From Nitrospirales bacterium (lineage in GTDB: Bacteria > Nitrospirota > Nitrospiria > Nitrospirales > UBA8639), in contig OY820905.2 of assembly GCA_963555755.3 (NCBI GenBank), forward strand, positions 4,448,001 through 4,512,000: a stretch of DNA of 64,000 nt. The letters run 5' to 3'. The position numbers and the translations under genes are program-made. Below the pieces are notes generated by a model. The model saw nothing but the letters and a program-made list of their open reading frames with translations, was not told the DNA's origin and ran no database searches. Below are positions 1 to 9,026 of this stretch, in pieces; positions within the stretch are counted from its first letter, which is position 1, and each line of letters starts with the position of its first letter.

Positions 1-186
1 GTGGCTGTCGTGGCCCTACAAAGGAGGGGAGTGAAAAACCCCAGAAGTGACCCACACGATTTGGAGAAGAGCCCCTTTTAAAATTAGGATTTTTAAATCC
101 GAAAGAACTAGACACCCCCGGAAGGGGTGAGCCCACGAGTGTTCTGGCGATGGGGGTACCCCTGTTTGTGTGAGCTGAAGGGTTAA

Positions 187-365
187 GGACCTGAGCGAAA
201 ATAACTTGAACAATTTCGCGCCAAAATTTGGGTTGGATTTGGACGAAAGATTGAGAAAAACCCGAGGCATAGCACAGCTATGTTGAGGGTTTGTCGATTG
301 AGGCCCGTTCAAAGATGGCCCGAAGATTGGATGCGAAATTGTTCAAGTTATTTTCTCTCAGGTCC
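187..365. mobile_element. MITE family A, copy 1 (179 bp)
   Basis: TIRs GGACCTGAGCGAAAATAACTTGAACAATTTCGC / GCGAAATTGTTCAAGTTATTTTCTCTCAGGTCC, flanked TAA/TAA; five more related copies in the window. Confidence 0.9.
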
Positions 366-394
366 TAAGCCTTGGTGAGGGAAACCCGGAGGGA

Positions 395-679
395 ATGGCT
401 ATGACGATTCAAGAACAGAATGGCCGTGCAGTTTTACAGTCGGAGGGTGAGTTGACAATCGTTGAAGTGGCAGAATTTCGAGAGGCGTTCCTGGCGCTGA
501 GTGCAAAGCCAGGGCAGCTTGAGCTGAACTTGGCCAATATTGAACGAGTGGATTCCTCGAGTGTGCAGTTGGTTGTCGCAGCATGTTAAGAAATAGCCCT
601 GCATATTACGGATGTTTCTCCAGGTGTTCAGGAGCAGTTCGACATGATTGGCTGCGGAAAATTTTTAAATGGGGAATAA
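395..679 (+). pseudogene. STAS-domain protein with internal nonsense codon
   Basis: RBS GGAGG; GELTI..EFREAF..VDSSSVQL STAS pattern; TAA at 587-589, then 29 more in-frame codons (EIALHITDVSPGVQEQFDMIG..) to TAA at 679. Confidence 0.7.
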
Positions 680-731
680 AGACGGGAAACGGAAGACATG
701 AGAAGTAAGGAATACAGAATGGGGGAGGCGT

Positions 732-1103
732 ATGAGTAAGACAGTCTTAGTCGTTGATGATTCAGTGTCCATGCGACACATGGTGACCTTTACGCTTAAG
801 GGGGCAGGGTATGAGGTCGTCGAGGCTGGTGATGGGAAAGAAGCCGTGGCGATACTCAATGGAGGAGCCAAGCCTCACTTGGTGATCACCGATCTCAATA
901 TGCCGAATATGGATGGCATTGCACTCATTAAAGAAATTCGAGGCATGGCCGCCCACAAGTTTACTCCCGTGCTCATGTTGACCACCGAATCCGCGGACGG
1001 CAAGAAAAAGGAAGGCCAATCAGCCGGAGCCACCGGCTGGATCGTGAAACCCTTTAATCCCGACCAAATGCTGGCCACTATTAAGAAAGTGTTGCCGGAG
1101 TAG
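732..1103 (+). CDS. cheY: Chemotaxis response regulator CheY
   Basis: Single REC domain: VVDD, TDLNMP, LTT, KPF; RBS GGAGG. Confidence 0.92.
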   Translation: MSKTVLVVDDSVSMRHMVTFTLKGAGYEVVEAGDGKEAVAILNGGAKPHLVITDLNMPNMDGIALIKEIRGMAAHKFTPVLMLTTESADGKKKEGQSAGATGWIVKPFNPDQMLATIKKVLPE

Positions 1104-1146
1104 GGGCGGGAAACGGAAGGCGGGAGGCGAATACAAAGGAGCTTCC

Positions 1147-1232
1147 CCTTTTCAACATTCCCCGAAAAGGATCGGAAGATCTGGCCACATCCAGCGCATC
1201 CGCAGTAGATTCGTCTAATCTCGGACAGGCTC
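1147..1232. mobile_element. Truncated composite: family F end joined to right half of family D
   Basis: TTTTCAACATTCCCCG-AAAA-GGAT...CTAATCTCGGACAGGCTC-CTAG; same junction as at 62134. Confidence 0.8.
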
Positions 1233-1299
1233 CTAGATCAGACAAGCCGCAGTGAGTTTACCGAGCACTATCATCGAAGGTGCAGCCCGACAAACTAAA

Positions 1300-1440
1300 G
1301 GGCACCTCTACAAACCAGGCATTTTTTGTGAGGGCAAGGAAGCCGCGCGCGGAAAACCGGAGTGTATGGGCGAATACATGAGGATGTGAGCACGCGGCTG
1401 ACGCCGCCATCACGGAAAAGGACGGTTTTTAGAGGTGCCC
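1300..1440. mobile_element. MITE family G, copy 1 (141 bp)
   Basis: TIRs GGGCACCTCTACAAACC / GGTTTTTAGAGGTGCCC; flanks TAAA/TCAA; inverted copy at 10215-10355. Confidence 0.88.
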
Positions 1441-1565
1441 TCAAATTTCAAATGACCACAATGCTGGGAGCTGGGCCATGCGACCTTTTGCATGGGCATG
1501 ATCCGTTTGAAACATTCGGGTTTTGGACTTCAGATTTGTTTCGGATTTCGAGATTCGAATTTCGA
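1441..1565. repeat. Heptamer-arm element H1 (allele lacking the insert seen in H2)
   Basis: CAAATTTCAAATGAC..GTTTGAAACATT..TTTCGGATTTCGAGATTCG; spacer similar to 8741-8816. Confidence 0.8.
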
Positions 1566-1644
1566 GGTTAGGAAAATTTGTTGGAGTGAGGTGTGAGAAA
1601 TACGAGGCAGGGGTAACAACGCTTTGTATTCACTCTTGACGGGT

Positions 1645-2589
1645 TCATCACTCCTTACGCGCTCTTGAATTGGGCGCCGTAGATTTTTCCACAAAGCCGC
1701 AATGAGACATTACGGTAGGTCTGGAAGAGCAAGCCCAGGATCTGATTCAAAAAGTCAAAGCTGCCGCACAAGCCACGGTTCGGCTCGAAAACAGGTACGG
1801 GCGCATCACGATGGGTTCCGAAAACCGATCGTCCACTTGGCCATGTTGAAAACAACGGACATGATTATTGCCATCGGGGCTTCAACAGGGGGCACGGAAG
1901 CCCTGCGGGTCATTCTGGAAGTTTTGCCCCCCGATGCCCTGTCAATCATTATTACTCAACCCATGCCTGAACGATTTACCAAACATTTCGCCGATCGGTT
2001 CAATCAAGAATTTGAGTCAAAGAAGCCGAAGAGGGGGGATAGTGCGACTCCTGGCCAAGCGATAATCGCTCTAGGCAGTGATCAATTGAGACGAAGCGGG
2101 GCACGATATCACGTGCACATCAATCAAGTTCCACCTGTCAATCGGCACCGGTCCTCCATGAATGTGATGTTTCGATCAGTTGCACACAGTGCCGGGAGTC
2201 ATAGTCTCGGGGTGCTTCTCACGGTAATGGGAAATGACGGGGCCGTAGGACCTGCGAGAAAATAACTTGAACAATCTCGCATCCAATCTTCGGGCCATCT
2301 TTGAACGGGCCTCAATCGAAAAACCCTCACCATAGCTGTGCTATGCCTCGAGTGTTTCTCAATCGTTCCGTCCAAATCCGACCCAAATTTTGGCGCGATA
2401 TTGATCAAGTTATTTTCTCGCAGGTCCTTAGAGATGAAGCAAGCTGGCGCCTTTACCATAGCCCAAGATGAAGACAGTTGTGTGGTGTTTGGTATGCCCA
2501 AGGAGGCCATTAAGGCCGGCGGCGTCGATAAAATCTTGCCATTGGATGAAATCCCATCCGTCATGCTGGAGCGGATTTCTCGGACATAA
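1645..2589 (+). pseudogene. cheB: cheB pseudogene, 5' truncated, frameshifted and MITE-interrupted
   Basis: Remnants ALELGAVDF.TKP, IGASTGG, TQPMP (normally QHMP), MGNDGA | MITE | [24 protein letters not shown]. Confidence 0.9.
2248..2427. mobile_element. MITE family A, copy 2, inside cheB
   Basis: GGACCTGCGAGAAAATAACTTG...CAAGTTATTTTCTCGCAGGTCC; flanks GTA/TTA. Confidence 0.9.
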
Positions 2590-2598
2590 ATATGCCTA

Positions 2599-2626
2599 TC
2601 AAGCTCTAAGAGCATTGAACCGATAC
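2599..2626 (+). promoter_or_regulatory. Candidate sigma-28 promoter
   Basis: TCAAG-N15-ACCGATAC upstream of the STAS gene. Confidence 0.55.
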
Positions 2627-2771
2627 GCTATGGAGGTGTCCTGAAGGATATGTATGACGAGGTTCGATCCCGAATTCGTATTCTCGATTGGGGTGTAACA
2701 TCCATCCTCATACATCATTCATCAGATTCGATTGATGCGTGCAGACTGTACATTTTGCCAGGGAGGACGCT

Positions 2772-3128
2772 ATGGAGTTAACAGAACGTCAGCAGGGGAC
2801 AGTAACAGTGTTAGATATCAAGGGCCGGTTTGATTTTGGAGCCCGTCGGGAATTTAAAGAGGCCATGGACCGCATTCAACAAGCTGGCTGCCGGCATGTG
2901 ATTCTCAATATCGAAGGTGTCTCGTTTGTCGATAGTTCGGCCTTAGGCTTGCTAGTTGTGGCGCACCAAAATCTGAAACTCAAAAACGGACGCATTTCCT
3001 TGGTGAATCCACAGTCGTATGTCCGGCAGATTTTGGATCTGGCCAACGTGCCAAGAATGATCCCGGTGTTTGCGACCATTCAAGAAGCCTGCTCGGGATT
3101 TGATCAGCCTGCTGCCGTAGCCCAATAA
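2772..3128 (+). CDS. Anti-sigma-factor antagonist (STAS)
   Basis: GRFD..FVDSSALGLL with the phosphorylatable Ser motif; RBS GGAGG before ATG 2772. Confidence 0.9.
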   Translation: MELTERQQGTVTVLDIKGRFDFGARREFKEAMDRIQQAGCRHVILNIEGVSFVDSSALGLLVVAHQNLKLKNGRISLVNPQSYVRQILDLANVPRMIPVFATIQEACSGFDQPAAVAQ

Positions 3129-3285
3129 GGGTTCGCGCAAGAATAACATCCTATGTTTGGGTGTTGAGGCGCCTGTCTGGCAAGGCGCGAGGACTGCGCA
3201 TACTCTCGGTATGGAAAGGACGAGCCACGCTGCCAGACGGGATGGATCGACGCCCAAACATAGGATGTTATTCTTGCGCGAACCC
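3129..3285. mobile_element. MITE family E, copy 1 (157 bp)
   Basis: Long perfect TIR GGGTTCGCGCAAGAATAACATCCTATGTTTGGG; TAA/TAA duplication of the STAS stop codon. Confidence 0.92.
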
Positions 3286-3540
3286 TAAAGTCGGGCCGGC
3301 CTCAGAGGTATGTTGACCGGTTGTTGAGGCCACCTGGCCCGTGATCATGGGAACACGCCGCAAGGTTTTAGAACGAATGGTCTGTTCTTGGTGCTGAAGC
3401 TCGTACACAGTCTTTTCCGTTTACCTCCACGGAAATGACCTGTGGTCGTCGAGGCTGTTCCTATCCATGTCCAATCCTCTCTGGAGTCTATTGAACGGAG
3501 AAACGGCAAGTTGGATCACAAAAGTCCGCGCAAGCTCTTA

Positions 3541-3720
3541 GGACCTGCGAGAAAATAACTTGATCAATCTCGCATCCAATCTTCGGGCCATCTTTGAACG
3601 GGCCTCAATCGAAAAACCCTCACCATAGCTGTGCTATGCCTCGAGTGTTTCTCAATCGTTCCGTCCAAATCCGACCCAAATCTTGGCGCGATATTGATCA
3701 AGTTATTCTCTCGCAGGTCC
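3541..3720. mobile_element. MITE family A, copy 3
   Basis: Nearly identical to copy 2; TTA/TTA flanks. Confidence 0.92.
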
Positions 3721-3723
3721 TTA

Positions 3724-3986
3724 GGGTCCGTCACGAAATAACCGGGACAATTGGCCGAGACGATTTTGGAGCGAGCCAAGGAGCGAAGAGCGCGCATACC
3801 GGGAGTATGGAAGCGATGAGCGACGCGGGCGGAGCCCAAAAGCGTCCGGCCCTTCGGGGAGGCCCATCTTTGGCCCGGGGCGGCGTTGCTCCTCGGTCAC
3901 AGAGCCCCGCTAGGCTCCCTCGTCGCGCCTTGCCCCGATCACAAATCTGGGCCTCCCAATTGTCCCGGTTATTTCGTGACGGACCC
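3724..3986. mobile_element. MITE family B (263 bp)
   Basis: Perfect TIR GGGTCCGTCACGAAATAACCGGGACAATTGG; flanks TTA/TGA; abuts copy A3. Confidence 0.88.
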
Positions 3987-4247
3987 TGAGCGCACCTGGC
4001 AAGATAAAAAAATGTCTTATCACCACCGAGGTGACCACGACTTTTTGTATTTCCCCATGCACACCAATATCTTACACGGCTGTTTTGCGTCCAACTGCCG
4101 TTTCTAGGTTGAATCAGGTAAAACCGTCAGGAACCTGGGACCGGGGATTAGTCGCTTGTTGCTGGACGTTCGGCACTGGAAAAGGAAGGCAAAGATCCTT
4201 ATGCACGAGCAACTAGCGACCAGCACCTAGCAACTCTTCAAGGCAAG

Positions 4248-5597
4248 ATGAAAAAACAGATTCCGTTAGATCAGCTCAAGCCCGGCATGTATCTTCTCAG
4301 CATGGACCAAAGTTGGTGGAAAACCCCCTTCCTGGTTCACCATCGATTTATCAAAAATGACGGAGAAATTGAAAAGATCCGGAAGGCTGGCGTTCAGTTC
4401 GTGGTCATTGATGAGTCAAAAGGCTTGCGTGATGAACCACCCGAATCTCTCGAATCTTCCGATCAATGCGATGCAGGCCTTTCTTCTGGAGGGCAGATTG
4501 AACTCTCGAGACTCGAGAGTGATCCCCTTCGCAATAATGAGTACGTTCACGAGGAGGTTTCTTCCTCCAACAGTACCGATACCCTCCCTTCAGCCCTGTT
4601 GTCTGACCAAGAGCAGGGGGCGTCCAAGTCAGAAATTCTAAAGATTGCACCCCAAGATGCTGCCCGTCAGGTTCGTACTGCCGCTGTTCGTGCCGTCGAA
4701 CAGGTGTTTGAAGGCGTGCGGTCCGGAGAACCACTTAATCATCCCCTCCTCGAGAAAATGGCACGTGCCCTCGTTCAACAGGTCGTGGATGATCCTCGAG
4801 CCTTTCCTCAGTTGGTGTTGGTTGGGAACCTCGCCGCCGTGGATAAGCATCTCTACAGCCATGTGGTGGATGTGTGCGCGCTTGCCGTGGTGCTCGGGAT
4901 CGAAATGGGATGGGAAGAACAAGAGTTACAGGCATTGGCACTGGGTGGCTTGCTCCATGATGTCGGATATATTCGGTTGCCAAATAATCTAGTGCGGAAT
5001 AGAAAACATGCAGGAAAGGCCGACCGCGTGTTGTTGGACACACATTCCGAGGTGGGACACTCCATTGTCAAACTCTCCTCGGACCTTTCGCTGGATGTCA
5101 AACAGATCATTCTGGAACACCATGAACGATTAGATGGGTCCGGAGAGCCTCACGGGTTGACTGGCGAGAGGCTTTCACCCTTGGGTCAAGTCGTCGGTCT
5201 TGTCGATCAATTTGATAAACTGACCAGCAACTGGGGAATGGGGCCGTTGCGTTCGTCAGCGCTGGTCTTGAGGGATCTCTATCAGGAAGCCAAGGACGGT
5301 CGTTTCCCTCTGCGTCCCATTGAACGCTTGATCCAATGCCTGGGCGTGTATCCCATCGGGAGTTTGGTCGAGCTTTCTACCGGGGAGCAGGGTGTTGTCA
5401 TCAGGACGAATCCCTCGAGCTTGCTGAAACCCACAATCAAATTGATCGTGGGGGCTGACCATCTTCCGTATCCGGCACCATGGAATATTGACCTCGCCTG
5501 TCCGGTATCCGGTGAGCCCGATCGATCGATTCGATCAGTGCTAAATGCCAATCAGGAACAGATCCAAGTCAAAAAATATTTTACTGTGGGCGTGTAG
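4248..5597 (+). CDS. HD-GYP domain protein with DUF3391-like N-terminus
   Basis: LKPGMY..W.KTPF N-terminus; LLHDVG; HHERLDGSGEP; GVYPIGSLVELSTGE. Confidence 0.88.
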   Translation: MKKQIPLDQLKPGMYLLSMDQSWWKTPFLVHHRFIKNDGEIEKIRKAGVQFVVIDESKGLRDEPPESLESSDQCDAGLSSGGQIELSRLESDPLRNNEYVHEEVSSSNSTDTLPSALLSDQEQGASKSEILKIAPQDAARQVRTAAVRAVEQVFEGVRSGEPLNHPLLEKMARALVQQVVDDPRAFPQLVLVGNLAAVDKHLYSHVVDVCALAVVLGIEMGWEEQELQALALGGLLHDVGYIRLPNNLVRNRKHAGKADRVLLDTHSEVGHSIVKLSSDLSLDVKQIILEHHERLDGSGEPHGLTGERLSPLGQVVGLVDQFDKLTSNWGMGPLRSSALVLRDLYQEAKDGRFPLRPIERLIQCLGVYPIGSLVELSTGEQGVVIRTNPSSLLKPTIKLIVGADHLPYPAPWNIDLACPVSGEPDRSIRSVLNANQEQIQVKKYFTVGV

Positions 5598-5665
5598 GTG
5601 AAGCGTCATAACCTTTCGGCACGCATCACGCTTTACGCTCCACTGATTCGGAAGAAAGCTTTTTG

Positions 5666-8600
5666 ATGTCGCACAGGACTCCCTCACACTCACCGCAGGC
5701 TTCGATAGAGCAAGAATTGCGGTGGTTTCACGCGTCGAATCGGGCTGTGCTTAATTCCTTAGCGATAGCGGTGTGTACACTCGATCGCAGTGGTGCCGTG
5801 GAGTCGTTGAATCAGGAAGCTGTTCGGTTATTAGGATGGGGCGAATCCACCTGCCGTGGCCGATCCTTTCATGATCTCACCCAGTGTTCGTCCATGGTGG
5901 TGGGTAAGTCGTCTCAGGATGTCTGCCCCATTGCTGACGTGTTACAGACAGGCGAATCTCTGTGGGTCCCTCGAGTAGGTTTGATGAGCCGGAGTAGAGA
6001 CTGGCTCATGGTCGAACTGACCTGTACTCCCCTTGTTGATGAAGGGGCATCTGGTGTCGTGCTGAGTTTCCGGGATTTAGCGACTCAGATTCAGATGGAA
6101 GATGACCTGCATCGTCTCGCCTCGATTCCAGATGAAAGCCCGTTTCCCATCGTGGAGTTCAACATTCAAGCCAATATGTTGTATGCCAATCCTTCCATGA
6201 CTCGACTTATGGAACAAGCGGGATTTCGTGAAGAAGGATTCTCTGCGGCATTGCCCACTGATGTGCAAACCATCGTGGAACGATGTTTGACCCTCGGGGT
6301 GTCCGAACACGATGTCGAGGTCGATGTGGGAAGGAAGCAATATGCCTGGTTGTTTTGTCCGTTAAAAGATTTACAGCTTGTTCGAGGGTACGGCATTGAT
6401 ATCACAGAGCGGAAGCAAGCTGCCGATGAACTTGGAGCGTTTGTGGAGGTGTTAGGCCAAAAGAACCATGAGTTGGACGAGGCTCTCACCAAGGCCGAGG
6501 CAGCTACCCAAGCCAAAGCCGCCTTCCTCGCTATGATGAGCCATGAAATTCGCACCCCGTTAAATGGGATCATTGGTATGACGTCCCTGCTGACAGACAG
6601 TTCCTTGACCCCCGAACAACGCGAAGATGCCGATACGATTCAGAAATCCGCTGAAGGGCTCTTGAGGATTATTAATGATATTTTGGATTTCTCGAAGATC
6701 GAAGCCGGGAGATTGGATTTCGAAGTCATTGACTTCGATCCGCATACCTTGCTTGAGGATGTCTTGGACTTGTTGGCGCTGCGGGCCCACGACAAAGGGC
6801 TGCATTTGGCCGGGCGGGTCCTTTCGGATGTGCCGTCCTGTCTTCGAGGTGACCCCATGCGGTTGCGGCAAATTTTCACCAACCTCATTGGGAATGCGAT
6901 CAAGTTTACTGATCACGGGGAGGTTGTCGTTGAAATCCATGCAAGGGGTTGTGACACGATCAGCGAATCGGAAGGTGGTCCCGAAGGGGAGGACCTGGTG
7001 GTACTGCATTGTACCGTTTGTGATACAGGAATCGGGATTTCTCCTGAAGGGCAACGGCGGTTATTTCAGCCATTTTCTCAAGCCGATTCCACGACCACAC
7101 GCAAGTATGGGGGAACGGGGTTGGGGTTAGCGATTTCCAAACAATTAGTCGAGTTAATGGGGGGAACCATTGGGGTGTGGTCCATGCCAGATCAGGGGAG
7201 CGAATTCTGGACCATCCTCCCGTTTGCGTCCCAATCACACCGTCCCATTTCAGAACCGTTACCCGAATTTCGCCTACTCCAAGGCCGTTCGGTCTTGCTG
7301 CTTGAATCCCATGAACCAACGAAAGTGGGAATTGAGGAATTGTTGAAGGCCATCAATGTCTCCTGTCAGAGCAAGGACTCCCTTGCTGGCGCCCTTCAAG
7401 CTCTGCGCGAAAGGCCTATCCATTCCCAGATGTATGATATGGCCCTCATTGATTGTGAGGGATGTGGGGATGATCCGAAACGCCTCATTCAGGAGTTGAG
7501 GCAGGCGATGGGAGAATCAATTGTGCCCCTGGTCCCCCTTCTTCGTGGGAATCGTAAGGGGAGTGAGCTGGCCGTTGAGGCTGGTGGAGCCTTATGGCTG
7601 ACCAAACCCGTGCGTCGATCGCGACTGTATAAATGTTTGCATGCGCTCATACATCAGCCGGAGGCTTCTGTCAGTCGAGAGTCGTTACCGGCGGATGTAG
7701 ATACGGTTTTGGCACAAGGTCGACCCTCGTCCCACGCCTTTCAAGGCCGGATTTTGGTGGCTGAGGATAATCCCATTAACCTCAAGGTGGTCGTGGGCAT
7801 GTTGAACAAAACGGGAGTGGTGGTTGATACCGTCACGAACGGGAGGGAAGCCTGCGAAGCGGTGGCGAAGCAATCCTACGACCTGGTGTTCATGGACTGG
7901 CAAATGCCGCAGATGGATGGCCTCCAAGCCACGGTAGAAATACGGAGACGAGAGGCGGCAGGCCGTGAAGCGTTAAGCGTGAAGCGTCATGAGAACGACG
8001 ATGATTCTTCTCACGCATTACGGATCACGCCTCACGAGACTTCTCCGTCTCACGTCCCCATTGTAGCCATGACGGCCAATTCTATGCCTGGTGATCGGGA
8101 GAAATGTCTGGCGGCAGGCATGGATGAGTATTTGGTCAAGCCGCTTCGCCTGTCGGCGGTGGTCGAGGTGTTAGCGAACTGGTTAACTCCTCAAGGGGCT
8201 GGATCGCATGTGGAACCGGATCACGAAACAGAACCGGGGTTCAGAAAAGCGGTGGATGGGGACGATAAGAGAAGAACAGAGGGGTGTGGAGAAACTTCAA
8301 CTCATTCCCATACGTTATGGGATCCAACTATCGCGCTTTCTCATATGGATGAGGATCACGTCCTGCTACAGGAGTTAATAGCACTGTTTATGGAGACCGG
8401 CCCCGCGACGCTCTCAAAGATTCGGGAGGCCCTCGATAATCAAGATTACGTGATGGCTGAACGATCCGCGCATACGCTCAAAGGTTCACTCGGGGCGTTT
8501 CGTGCGAAATCGGTGCAGGCCTGTGCAGGGGAATTGGAACGACTCGCGTCTGAGCATCGGTCCGACAGCGTTGAGTCTGTGTATCAGCAGTTGTCTGAAA

Positions 8601-8677
8601 GCACGGTACAGCTCCTTCAGGAATTTCATGAATATGTGAATAATAGTAAGGAGTCAGAAGTAAGGAGTGAGAAGTGA
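5666..8677 (+). CDS. Hybrid sensor histidine kinase (PAS-HisKA-HATPase-REC-REC-Hpt)
   Basis: MSHEIRTPLNG, NLIGNAIKF, DTGIGI, GGTGLGL, FMDWQMP, AHTLKGS. Confidence 0.95.
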   Translation: MSHRTPSHSPQASIEQELRWFHASNRAVLNSLAIAVCTLDRSGAVESLNQEAVRLLGWGESTCRGRSFHDLTQCSSMVVGKSSQDVCPIADVLQTGESLWVPRVGLMSRSRDWLMVELTCTPLVDEGASGVVLSFRDLATQIQMEDDLHRLASIPDESPFPIVEFNIQANMLYANPSMTRLMEQAGFREEGFSAALPTDVQTIVERCLTLGVSEHDVEVDVGRKQYAWLFCPLKDLQLVRGYGIDITERKQAADELGAFVEVLGQKNHELDEALTKAEAATQAKAAFLAMMSHEIRTPLNGIIGMTSLLTDSSLTPEQREDADTIQKSAEGLLRIINDILDFSKIEAGRLDFEVIDFDPHTLLEDVLDLLALRAHDKGLHLAGRVLSDVPSCLRGDPMRLRQIFTNLIGNAIKFTDHGEVVVEIHARGCDTISESEGGPEGEDLVVLHCTVCDTGIGISPEGQRRLFQPFSQADSTTTRKYGGTGLGLAISKQLVELMGGTIGVWSMPDQGSEFWTILPFASQSHRPISEPLPEFRLLQGRSVLLLESHEPTKVGIEELLKAINVSCQSKDSLAGALQALRERPIHSQMYDMALIDCEGCGDDPKRLIQELRQAMGESIVPLVPLLRGNRKGSELAVEAGGALWLTKPVRRSRLYKCLHALIHQPEASVSRESLPADVDTVLAQGRPSSHAFQGRILVAEDNPINLKVVVGMLNKTGVVVDTVTNGREACEAVAKQSYDLVFMDWQMPQMDGLQATVEIRRREAAGREALSVKRHENDDDSSHALRITPHETSPSHVPIVAMTANSMPGDREKCLAAGMDEYLVKPLRLSAVVEVLANWLTPQGAGSHVEPDHETEPGFRKAVDGDDKRRTEGCGETSTHSHTLWDPTIALSHMDEDHVLLQELIALFMETGPATLSKIREALDNQDYVMAERSAHTLKGSLGAFRAKSVQACAGELERLASEHRSDSVESVYQQLSESTVQLLQEFHEYVNNSKESEVRSEK

Positions 8678-8701
8678 TGTCCTGTGGAGAAATACATGGG
8701 A

Positions 8702-9016
8702 CAAATTCGAAACTCGAAATCCGAAACACATTCAAATGTTCAAATTTCAAATGACTCAAACGCTAAGAGCTGGGCCACGTGACCTTTTGCGTTAGTATGA
8801 TCCGTTTGAAACATTGCGTCGCAGCGTAAGTGATTCAAGAACAACACAGGTTCATGGGTTCCCGGTTCATGGTTGGAGAAAGATGAAGGTCAAACCTAGA
8901 ACGGTGAACCTTATAACCTGACTCCAGAGCGTTTGTGAGACAAGGGAAGTCATTTGAAACATTGGGGCTTTGGATTTCGGATGTGTTTCGGATTTCGAGA
9001 TTCGGATTTCAAATTT
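8702..9016. repeat. Heptamer-arm element H2 with internal insert I
   Basis: CGAAACTCGAAATCCGAAAC.. / ..TTTCGGATTTCGAGATTCGGATTTC arms; insert 8817-8952 between two TTTGAAACATTG. Confidence 0.85.
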
Positions 9017-9026
9017 AGGGAACCTT

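Larger units (their letters stand above)
3496..4108. mobile_element. MITE family C carrying nested A and B elements
   Basis: Ends (CGG)AGAAACGGCAAGTTGG / CCAACTGCCGTTTCTAGG, flanked TTGAA/TTGAA; homologous in reverse to 26014-26341. Confidence 0.82.

Noticed and set aside
16..312. Short ORFs overlapping MITEs (also 1362, 2199, 2952, 3564, 3594, 10085, 25906, 31481, 33939, 52166, 61473)
   Set aside because: Their repeated peptides just reflect the DNA repeats; no transposase motifs or RBS
587..589. Alternative genetic code explaining the internal stops
   Set aside because: TAA, TAG and TGA all end conserved genes at expected positions
8804..8964. GTTTGAAAC / ATTTGAAAC motifs resembling CRISPR repeat ends
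   Set aside because: Only two local copies 148 bp apart, no regular array, no cas genes
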